Positions 9,547 through 16,894 of a DNA stretch of 21,745 bases are shown piece after piece. The position numbers and the translations under genes are program-made. The stretch comes from a bacterium (GTDB lineage: Bacteria; Zhuqueibacterota; Zhuqueibacteria; Oceanimicrobiales; Oceanimicrobiaceae): positions 1 through 21,745 of the forward strand of contig JBHHXT010000069.1 of NCBI GenBank assembly GCA_046757165.1, written 5' to 3'. The notes beneath the pieces are model-generated. The model saw only the letters and a list, made by a program, of their open reading frames with translations. It was not told where the DNA came from and did no database searches. Position 1 is the stretch's first letter. Each line of letters opens with the position of its first letter.

Positions 9547-10650
9547 TTAAACCGCTTCCTTGACTTTCTCCACCACCACTCTCAACATCTCCTCAGTCAT
9601 CTCCGGATAATTCGGCAAGCTCAGCACCCGCTCCCCGGCGCGCTCCGAAACCGGGAAGCTTCCCTTCGGCAATCCGAGAAAGTGGTAGGATTGCTGCAAA
9701 TGCAAAGGGCGCGGATAATGAATCGCGGCGCCGATCCCGGCTTCGTTCAGTCTCTGCTTGACCGCGTCCCGGTTGTCCACCTGAACAACGTACAGATGGT
9801 AGACACACTCGGCCCAGGATGCCTCCTCAGGCGTTTGAATCCCGTCTACATCTTCGAAAGCGTGGTTGTAGAATTCGGTGATCTCCCGCCGTCGTTTATT
9901 CCACCGGTCCAGGTGTTGGAGTTTGACCCCCAGCACGGCGCCCTGGATGCCGTCCAGGCGGCTGTTGAAGCCCATCAGGTCATTCTCGTATTTCTTGCTG
10001 CTGCCGTGGTCGCCGAGCTTGCGGATGGTTTCCGCCACCTTCGGGTCGCTGGTGACGACACCGCCGGCGTCCCCATAGGCGCCGAGATTCTTGCCCGGAT
10101 AGAAACTGAAGCAGGCCGCGTGCCCCAGCGAACCCACCTTCTTGCCTTTGTACCGGGCGCCGTGAGCTTGCGCAGCGTCCTCGATGACCTTCAAGTCATA
10201 TTTTTTGGCGATGCCGAGAATCGCATCCATGTCCGCAGGGTGGCCGTAGAGATGCACCGGGATAATGGCGCGGGTTTTTTCCGTGACCGCCGCTTCGATT
10301 TGCGAGACAGCCATGGTGTAGTTCCGAGCATCGATGTCAACGAACACTGGTTTTGCGCCCACCCAGTAGATGGCTTCGCCGGTAGCGGTGAACGTGAATG
10401 CGGAGGTGATCACTTCGTCGCCGGCACCAACACCGAGCGCTCTCAGTGCTAACATCAGGGCGTCGGTCCCATTCGCCACACCCACGGCATACTCGCTTTC
10501 GCAGTACCTGGCAAACGCTTCTTCGAATTGCTTGCTGGCGCTGCCGCGGACAAACTGCGTGCTTTCAATGACCTGTGTAATCGATTCTAAGATTTCATGT
10601 TTGATTGTTTCGTATTGTGCTCTTAAGTCTGCCTGAGGAATTCTTTTCAT
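9547..10650 (-). CDS. DegT/DnrJ/EryC1/StrS PLP-dependent sugar aminotransferase (FdtB/WbpE-like)
   Basis: 367 aa. [41 protein letters not shown] (PLP lysine) and GFNSRLD. RBS GAGGT 5 nt before ATG. Confidence 0.95.
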   Translation of the reverse strand: MKRIPQADLRAQYETIKHEILESITQVIESTQFVRGSASKQFEEAFARYCESEYAVGVANGTDALMLALRALGVGAGDEVITSAFTFTATGEAIYWVGAKPVFVDIDARNYTMAVSQIEAAVTEKTRAIIPVHLYGHPADMDAILGIAKKYDLKVIEDAAQAHGARYKGKKVGSLGHAACFSFYPGKNLGAYGDAGGVVTSDPKVAETIRKLGDHGSSKKYENDLMGFNSRLDGIQGAVLGVKLQHLDRWNKRRREITEFYNHAFEDVDGIQTPEEASWAECVYHLYVVQVDNRDAVKQRLNEAGIGAAIHYPRPLHLQQSYHFLGLPKGSFPVSERAGERVLSLPNYPEMTEEMLRVVVEKVKEAV

Positions 10651-10696
10651 GATTGACCTCGTGGAATGCTAATACATGGTTGCCGAATAGTTCTTG

Positions 10697-10805
10697 ACTA
10701 ACATTTCTCACTTTGTCAAGGTTACGTAAGTGCACTTTGTAAAAATACGCCCGCTTCGCGAGCTGATTTTTACGCTCCTGCCTTGCCGAAGTGAGAAATG
10801 TTAGT
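10697..10805. repeat. 109-bp imperfect palindrome (attC-like or MITE-like)
   Basis: Terminal arms 10697-10721 and 10781-10805 are reverse complements at 23/25 positions. There is a nested inner stem GTAAAAAT(10739-10746)/ATTTTTAC(10766-10773). Confidence 0.8.
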
Positions 10806-10807
10806 TC

Positions 10808-11569
10808 TTAACCTGTCTTCTCCAGAAGATAAAACAAGCCAAAATTCAAAGTCGAAAACTCCTTCCGTATGAGTTCGAGCCTTCCTGGTTGGAAGAAATG
10901 AGAACAGAGAAAGTCATCAAATTGTCTCCAGTCGAAACCGAGATGTTGTGTCCAACAATCGACACCAGGCGTCCGGAATCCAGCGATAGGCCTGTCTGTC
11001 AGCAGGTGCCAGAGGTATTTGACCTCGCTTTGTGAATCGAAAAAGCCATCATAGGCATTCCGTCGAAAAATGCGCCGACCAAGATACTTCACGAGCCCGG
11101 GGATATGATTTTCGTTCGGCACTGAAATGAAGATTGTGCCTCCGGTCTTACATGCGTTGTATAGATTCACTGCTGCATTCTCGTAGTTGCCAACATGCTC
11201 GATGGTTTCGAAACTGGTGATGATATCAAATGAGTTGTGCCATTCCTTTTGAATCTTGTTCAGGTCATATTCATGGAATGTCGTGTTCAAAAGCGCTCTG
11301 TCGCGTGCCTGGTTCAGGAGCTCTTGTGAAACGTCAAACCCATAGAACCGCCAGTTCTCCTTTTGCCTGAACCTTTTCAGCATCAGAGAAAGTATGAAGC
11401 CGTTCGAACATCCAAAATCCGCCAGTTTACCGGAATTGGCAACAGAAATGGTGTCAACCATCTTCAACAGGCGGTTCAGACGTCGCCTGTGCATGAAGGC
11501 CGACAAACTCAGGCCATGATATGAGCATTCATGCGACCAGGGCGTCCGTTCAGTTTGTATTAAACTCAT
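10808..11569 (-). CDS. Class I SAM-dependent methyltransferase
   Basis: 253 aa. Motif I LADFGCSNG, then YGFDVS, FDIITSFETIEHV and GGTIFISVPN. Starts 1 nt after the wzi stop. Confidence 0.88.
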   Translation of the reverse strand: MSLIQTERTPWSHECSYHGLSLSAFMHRRRLNRLLKMVDTISVANSGKLADFGCSNGFILSLMLKRFRQKENWRFYGFDVSQELLNQARDRALLNTTFHEYDLNKIQKEWHNSFDIITSFETIEHVGNYENAAVNLYNACKTGGTIFISVPNENHIPGLVKYLGRRIFRRNAYDGFFDSQSEVKYLWHLLTDRPIAGFRTPGVDCWTQHLGFDWRQFDDFLCSHFFQPGRLELIRKEFSTLNFGLFYLLEKTG

Positions 11570-11570
11570 G

Positions 11571-13280
11571 CTAGCGGTTCAACCCCACGTTCAAAAAAAA
11601 CTCGCCTCTGTCCACTGGCCCACGCGCTCCAGCCGGAAGCAAAATGTTGTCAGAAAAGTCCTTGTCATAATTCACGCCCAAATACAAATTTCGAAAAAGT
11701 TCGTAACGAGCTTCGAAGGAAACGCTTTGCCGGGACTCCCGAATTCCCTCCAGAAAAGAGACCGAGAGCTGGCCGCCGTCTTCCACCGGCCGGGTCAAAT
11801 CGCCGCCGGTATTCTTGTCCGGCGGATTGTCGCCGTGGCGGGTGGACTGAAAAGTTGCTGCGATGAAGAAACTCTTGGAAAACCGGTACTGCACGCGCGC
11901 AAAGAGATTGTCCGCATTCGGCCCGAGCCAGTGGCCCAGGCCGGTGTTGAAATGGCTGTAGGTGTTGATCGCCTTCCTGTGCGTGTACAGATAGGGCCGC
12001 GTGCGAGCGTATTCCACCCTCAGGTCCAGATTGTCGACCTGGAAGGCATCTGCCCAGAGTCCGCCAGCCAGCACACCGGTCTTGTTGCCATGGAATCCGC
12101 TGCCGATTTTCGAGGTGGTCAGGTCATCGATAAAGAGCTCGCCGTAGAGCTTGACATTCGGAATCAGCAGCAGCTCGAAGTCGAAGCCGATGCTGGCGTT
12201 GTCATCGTCACTGACAAAGTGCTCGGCCGAGCGGTAGAAGTTGATGGGATTGATGTACGCGAACTCGAAGCGGCGGTCGCCGAAGACCACCATTTCATAC
12301 AGCCCCACATCCAACCACTTTGCCACGTCGATTTCCAGCCGATGGGCGACGATGCTCTTCGGGTTGGTAGTACCGTCTGCCTGCGCAATCCGCGGAAACG
12401 TGCGCAGGAAGCCCCAGAGATAGGTGAATTTCAGGCGCCAGAGCTTTGTTTGCAGTTTGATCTGGTCAAACGAGGTGGCGTTATCGGAGAGACCCAGTGC
12501 CCCGTTAAAGCCGGGGCCCCAGGTGTTGACGCCCTTGCCGAGAACGAGCTGCAGGTAGGGCAATTTGAAAACCAGGTAGGCATTGGTTTCGTCGTGCCAG
12601 ATGTGCGTGCCATAGCCGTTGACAAATCCGAGCCCTTCCAGGCTGATGTCGAACCGGTCGGGGTAGGTGCGTGTGCCCCACTGTTTTGTATCCCGAAAAT
12701 CGAAAAAGAACCCGAGGTGCGTTCCAAGCTGGCCGCGCAGCGTCAGCCCGTGGGTGCGCTCGAAAACTTTTTCGGTTCCGCTGACGGTGTCCGGAGTGGC
12801 GTAAAGCCATTGCTGATAAAAAACCGGGTCGATGAACGCCTTGAACCCCTCGCTGTTGACCTCGAACAAGTTGCGGTTGTTCTTATACAGGAAGCCCGGG
12901 AAAATCTTGCCAAACACCTTGCTCTGCTTGAGCCTTGCGATGCGACTCTGGCCGTCAACCCCATTCCTGCCCGTCTTGTGTTTGAATTCCTCGCCAAACT
13001 CGAAGCGGAGAAACTGCAATTGCTGCTCTTCTACCGCGTTGAGTCGGTAGCCCTGGTGGACGTTGTCCTGAATTTGCACCAGGTACTCGACCATCTCGGC
13101 GCGGCTGTACGGCCGGGTGGAGTTCAAGGCGCCGGTGATCACGCCTTTCGCCTCGAACCGCTCGATGAATTGGTACGCCCAATGGTTGAGGGGGACGTAG
13201 ACGGACTGGGCTTGCAGCCCGGCCATGGGCAAGAAAAGGAGTGTAAGTTTGATGAGGCTGTGAACGAATCTGGTCGTCAT
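11571..13280 (-). CDS. wzi: Capsule assembly Wzi-family outer-membrane beta-barrel
   Basis: Signal peptide MTTRFVHSLIKLTLLFLPMAGLQA, then VPLNHWAYQFIERF, RPYSR, WGPG...LSDNA, AHRLE, YGELFIDD and LGHWLGPNAD. Start moved to ATG 13280 because the track start overlaps the upstream gene. Confidence 0.82.
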   Translation of the reverse strand: MTTRFVHSLIKLTLLFLPMAGLQAQSVYVPLNHWAYQFIERFEAKGVITGALNSTRPYSRAEMVEYLVQIQDNVHQGYRLNAVEEQQLQFLRFEFGEEFKHKTGRNGVDGQSRIARLKQSKVFGKIFPGFLYKNNRNLFEVNSEGFKAFIDPVFYQQWLYATPDTVSGTEKVFERTHGLTLRGQLGTHLGFFFDFRDTKQWGTRTYPDRFDISLEGLGFVNGYGTHIWHDETNAYLVFKLPYLQLVLGKGVNTWGPGFNGALGLSDNATSFDQIKLQTKLWRLKFTYLWGFLRTFPRIAQADGTTNPKSIVAHRLEIDVAKWLDVGLYEMVVFGDRRFEFAYINPINFYRSAEHFVSDDDNASIGFDFELLLIPNVKLYGELFIDDLTTSKIGSGFHGNKTGVLAGGLWADAFQVDNLDLRVEYARTRPYLYTHRKAINTYSHFNTGLGHWLGPNADNLFARVQYRFSKSFFIAATFQSTRHGDNPPDKNTGGDLTRPVEDGGQLSVSFLEGIRESRQSVSFEARYELFRNLYLGVNYDKDFSDNILLPAGARGPVDRGEFFLNVGLNR

Positions 13281-13308
13281 CCTTGTCCGTTGGTCAGAAG
13301 GGGTTTGT

Positions 13309-14604
13309 CTATTCTGTGCCCTCTTGGTGAGCTTTAGGGGTCTTATTCTCTTGCTTTTCTTTTTTCCTTTGGAACACTCTGGCAACAGTTGCTTTGGCCA
13401 GGCCATAGTCTTCCCTGAGTGCTTGCGCGAAGTGCCTGACTTTCTGATAGTCCGCCTCCCGCTCTTTGAGCTTCTCGCCATATGCCATCACAAACGCGCC
13501 AAAAATGCTGAACATGAAGGCTAAGAAAGAAGCGACGAGCACCAGAAGCGTCCTGTGCGGTTTGGTCCGTTTCTCGGGCGGCACCGCTTCATCGAGGACC
13601 TGCACAGTCGGGGTATCGCGCGCCTCCTGAATCTTGGCGCTGTAGTATTGTTGGTTGAGAAGCTGCCAGACTGTTTCCTGCACCTTGACTTCCCGAATCA
13701 GCTCGGCAAATCTCAAGCCCACCTCGGGCACGTCCGCAAACGGAATAAAGTAATCCTTCTGCTCCTCAAAAGGCACCGAGTTGCCAAACTGCAAATGCTC
13801 GAACTGTTTGCGCAGCTCTTGCAGCTCCTTTTGCAGCCGCAGGATGACCGGATTGTCCGCCTTCATGGTCTCCCGTGCTACCTCCAGCGCCACTTCCTTT
13901 GCCATGATCGTGCCCTTGATTTCGCCTGCTTTTTCGATGGCGACTTTGGTTTGCTCCTCCAGGTTCACAGCCTTGAAGGTCGCCTGAAAATCGGCCAGCT
14001 CGCGGGAGGCTTTCTTGAGATTGTTTTCTGTGATCTCGAGCTGCTCTTCGATGTATATTCTCGAGTTCTTCGCTTTGGAAAAACTCTTTTCCTGGTTGAC
14101 GCTGTCCAGCTCGGCGACATACGCCCTCGCCACCTGTGCTGCCAGGTTCGGATCGCGCAGCTCTACCGACACTTCGATGACGCCCTGCTCGTTGGAAGAA
14201 ATGGTCGATTTCTTGCGCAGACGCTTCAACGCCTCCGTCCGGGTGTCCAGGTCCCACACTTCATACAGATTCTGCCGCTTGTCGTCGTAGTCATATTTCG
14301 TCTGCAAGACGCCCTCGGCGACCGTGCGGCTTTTCAGAATCTCGACGAACATCTCAGAAGAGCGGGTTGCCACCCCGGGAAAATCGAGAAACGAAAGCGG
14401 TGAGTTGGCGAGCAAGCCGCGCAGCCCCTCCTGGTTGCCTTCCTCCGGCGGCAGCAAGGTGGTGGTGGCGGTATAGGTTCGCGGAAGCACCAGGCTGATG
14501 ACCGCCATCAACGCCGCAGCCGCAAAGGCATTACGCAAAATCATCCGCCTGCGCTTGACGATGACTTCGACATAATCGAGCAAATTTATTTCGTCTATTT
14601 CCAT
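13309..14604 (-). CDS. Polysaccharide co-polymerase (Wzz/GumC-like, no kinase domain)
   Basis: 431 aa. DEINLLDY, TM1, YTATTTLLPP, a long coiled coil, VQVLDEAVPPEKRTKPHR and TM2. No Walker A motif or Tyr-rich tail. Confidence 0.88.
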   Translation of the reverse strand: MEIDEINLLDYVEVIVKRRRMILRNAFAAAALMAVISLVLPRTYTATTTLLPPEEGNQEGLRGLLANSPLSFLDFPGVATRSSEMFVEILKSRTVAEGVLQTKYDYDDKRQNLYEVWDLDTRTEALKRLRKKSTISSNEQGVIEVSVELRDPNLAAQVARAYVAELDSVNQEKSFSKAKNSRIYIEEQLEITENNLKKASRELADFQATFKAVNLEEQTKVAIEKAGEIKGTIMAKEVALEVARETMKADNPVILRLQKELQELRKQFEHLQFGNSVPFEEQKDYFIPFADVPEVGLRFAELIREVKVQETVWQLLNQQYYSAKIQEARDTPTVQVLDEAVPPEKRTKPHRTLLVLVASFLAFMFSIFGAFVMAYGEKLKEREADYQKVRHFAQALREDYGLAKATVARVFQRKKEKQENKTPKAHQEGTE

Positions 14605-14610
14605 GTTTTA

Positions 14611-14685
14611 ATCGATGATCGATAATCGATAATCGATGATTGAGGGGGCGGGGCAATCCTCGATCCTCGATTATCGATCATCGAT
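14611..14685. repeat. Palindrome built from ATCGA(T/G)(A/G) heptamer tandem repeats
   Basis: Left arm 14611-14642, 11-nt G-rich loop, right arm 14654-14685; 29/32 positions complementary. Overlaps the stop codon of the export gene. Confidence 0.85.
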
Positions 14686-16732
14686 CGATCGACGTGTCGA
14701 TGATAAGATAAATGGACGCCAGCTGCGCTAAGACAGAAATGGTCTGCAGGGCGACCGGCCAGAACTTGCGGTCTGATTTTCGCGGCACCCAGACGATGTC
14801 TCCGGCCTGAAACGAGCTGACTTCTTCGTCATCAAGGACCTCCCCCGTCACCTTGATGACCTTGGTCTTGCTCAGTTTTGCATCCCAGGAAGCGCCGCCC
14901 GCCTTTGCCAGGTAATAGTGCAGGTCCGCGCCCGGGAGATAGGTAACCCCGCCCGGCTTGGCAACACTGCCGGTAACGGTGACCACTTTCGGCGCCCTGG
15001 GCACCACGATGATGTCGCCATCTTCCAGGACGATGTCCTGGGCGCGATCCTTCTGGTAGACCAGTTTCTCGAAATCTACCACAATCCGGTCGATATCCGC
15101 GGAATTCTGCCGCATGACAAAGTACTGGTACTCCAGATCGCTCATCTCTTCCCGGCGCATCTCCTTGAGCCGCTCGAATTCCTTGTCGAATTTCAAGCGC
15201 GTGCTCGCGCGCATGACAAAGGCTTCCTGAGGAAAGGCGTCATCTGTAAACCCGCCGGCTTTGTCGAGAATCTCACTCAAAAAGGTGCTGTCCTTGATAA
15301 TCGGGTAGTGCCCCGGAAAGACCACCTCTCCCTGCACCTCCACCATCAGCCCCACCTCCCATTCGGGAATCTGGCGGATAAACACCTGGTCATCCTCTTC
15401 CAGCAAGATATCGTGATGACCATTGCTGCCGTTGCTGCTACGATGGTTTCCGTTGCTGCCGCTGTGATTGTTGGCCAATTTGTCCAGATTGACCTTCATG
15501 AACTGCGTCGGTTTGCCGGGATCGACTTTGGCCACTTCGGCTTCCAGGAGGTAGGCCTTGCGCGTCAGGTTTCCTGCCTTGAGAATGAGGTCACTGAGGT
15601 GCATATTGTCTTCCAGCACGTAAGCGCCGGGCCGACGAATCTCGCCGAAGATGGCGACACGCCGCTCATGAATCTGCTCCAGCTTGGAGTAAACATGCAC
15701 CTCATCTTCATTTCTGAGCAAAATGTCTTGCGTGCTGTCTCCGGCCGCGATTTGTGAGAAGTCGATGTAGTGGACTGTACGATAGCCATCCTGGCCGAGA
15801 CGGCTGAGTTCTATTCTGTCCGGGAAGGCAAAATCCGTGAACCCGCCGGCCAATTCGATGACGTCAGAGAGCTTCTCATGCAGATCGGGTTTGAGCTCAA
15901 AAATGGCCGGCCGGTTGACTTCGCCGGTCACCTTGACCTTGTGCTGCGCGATGGGCACAAAGATGCGGTCGCTGGCTTGCAAAAACTCATCTTCGCTGTT
16001 TTCGCCGCTCATCAGAAAGCGGTACAGGTCAACAGAGGTGAAAAGCTCGCCGTTGCGCATCAGGCGGATGTCCCGTATCGAGCCCTTCCCGGTCGGCCCG
16101 CCCGCGAGGATGACCGCATCCAGGACGGTGTTGAGCGCGCTCAAGACGTATTTACCCGGGCGGATAACATCACCCACCACGGCCACCATGACATTCTTGG
16201 GCTGCAGCAACATGATGTCGAGGGTGAAATTGTCGTAGTACTGGGACAGCTTTTGGGTCAGCAGCGTTCTAAACTCATCCATGCCCAGGCCCCAGACATA
16301 GATCACGCCACCCGGCGGCAAGAAAATCTTGCCCTCGACGTTTACCATGACGTCGATATTTTCCTGCACCGACCCCAGAAGATAGATCCCGACCCGGTCA
16401 CCCGGGCCGAGCTGGTAGCTCGACGGCAAGCTCAATGCTTCTGAGCTCTGGGTGGCAAAGTCGGCTCCCTCGCTGCTGAACAAATCGAATCCAAAGACAG
16501 GCAAGCGGGTGGTTTCTCTGCCCGTGAGCGGCATTTGTGTCGCCGGCGGAGATTGGGTCGAATTGTGGAGCGGTTGTGAGGGAGAAGAAAAAAAGTCGCT
16601 CGTTCTAAGTTGCCGGGTGCGGTGGACGTGTGAGGTGTCGAGCCCGGACTCCTTCCAGTTTTGCGCGTCGGCTTGATTGGTCAGTAGTAGGACAGCAGCT
16701 ACGACGACCAACCACCTCAACATCCTGTCCAT
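14678..16732 (-). CDS. Polysaccharide export protein with Poly_export + multiple SLBB domains (Wza/KpsD-like)
   Basis: 684 aa. Cleavable signal peptide, YQLGPGD, and repeated V.GEV..PG.Y...L...AGG SLBB units. C-terminal helix FWPVALQTISVLAQLASIYLII. Confidence 0.9.
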   Translation of the reverse strand: MDRMLRWLVVVAAVLLLTNQADAQNWKESGLDTSHVHRTRQLRTSDFFSSPSQPLHNSTQSPPATQMPLTGRETTRLPVFGFDLFSSEGADFATQSSEALSLPSSYQLGPGDRVGIYLLGSVQENIDVMVNVEGKIFLPPGGVIYVWGLGMDEFRTLLTQKLSQYYDNFTLDIMLLQPKNVMVAVVGDVIRPGKYVLSALNTVLDAVILAGGPTGKGSIRDIRLMRNGELFTSVDLYRFLMSGENSEDEFLQASDRIFVPIAQHKVKVTGEVNRPAIFELKPDLHEKLSDVIELAGGFTDFAFPDRIELSRLGQDGYRTVHYIDFSQIAAGDSTQDILLRNEDEVHVYSKLEQIHERRVAIFGEIRRPGAYVLEDNMHLSDLILKAGNLTRKAYLLEAEVAKVDPGKPTQFMKVNLDKLANNHSGSNGNHRSSNGSNGHHDILLEEDDQVFIRQIPEWEVGLMVEVQGEVVFPGHYPIIKDSTFLSEILDKAGGFTDDAFPQEAFVMRASTRLKFDKEFERLKEMRREEMSDLEYQYFVMRQNSADIDRIVVDFEKLVYQKDRAQDIVLEDGDIIVVPRAPKVVTVTGSVAKPGGVTYLPGADLHYYLAKAGGASWDAKLSKTKVIKVTGEVLDDEEVSSFQAGDIVWVPRKSDRKFWPVALQTISVLAQLASIYLIIDTSIDR

Positions 16733-16782
16733 GAATCGCGATCCATCCTAAATTGAATAAGTGCACTTCTTTAGAACCGTTA

Positions 16783-16811
16783 AATATAGGAAATAATGGT
16801 CTGACAGTCAA
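16783..16811 (-). promoter_or_regulatory. Sigma70-type promoter of the polysaccharide operon
   Basis: Minus strand TTGACT (16811-16806), 17-nt spacer, TATATT (16788-16783). AT-rich UP-like tract upstream. Confidence 0.75.
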
Positions 16812-16821
16812 TAAATATTTC

Positions 16822-16869
16822 AAAATAAAAACAATAAGGCCGACAAACAAAACTTCTGTTGGTCGGCCT
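16822..16869 (-). terminator. Intrinsic terminator after the secreted FN3/Ig protein gene
   Basis: Stem AGGCCGAC.AACA / TGTT.GTCGGCCT (16837-16869), followed on the minus strand by TATTGTTTTTATTTT. Confidence 0.8.
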
Positions 16870-16894
16870 ATCTACGAGGGAGGAAGAAAGAATG

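Noticed and set aside
11568..13337. Long plus-strand ORFs (589 aa here; also 9520-10452, 13555-14403, 14918-15757, 16859-18076, 19203-19988)
   Set aside because: Each lies antisense to a well-supported GC-rich gene and has no recognisable motifs; typical shadow ORFs.
13281..13481. 67-aa basic N-terminal extension of Wzi in the ORF track
   Set aside because: It overlaps the co-polymerase 3' end, and a clean signal peptide begins at ATG 13280.
14611..14685. CRISPR array interpretation of the short repeats (also 21396-21432)
   Set aside because: The units are 7-9 nt in tandem without spacers, and there are no cas genes.
16733..16782. JUMPstart/ops antitermination element in the operon leader
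   Set aside because: There is no GGCGGTAG-like sequence in the short leader and no NusG paralogue in the window.
16807..16820. Partial resemblance to a FleQ box (GTCAATAAAT...)
   Set aside because: The second half-site TGAC is absent; the match is explained by the -35 hexamer plus AT-rich flank.
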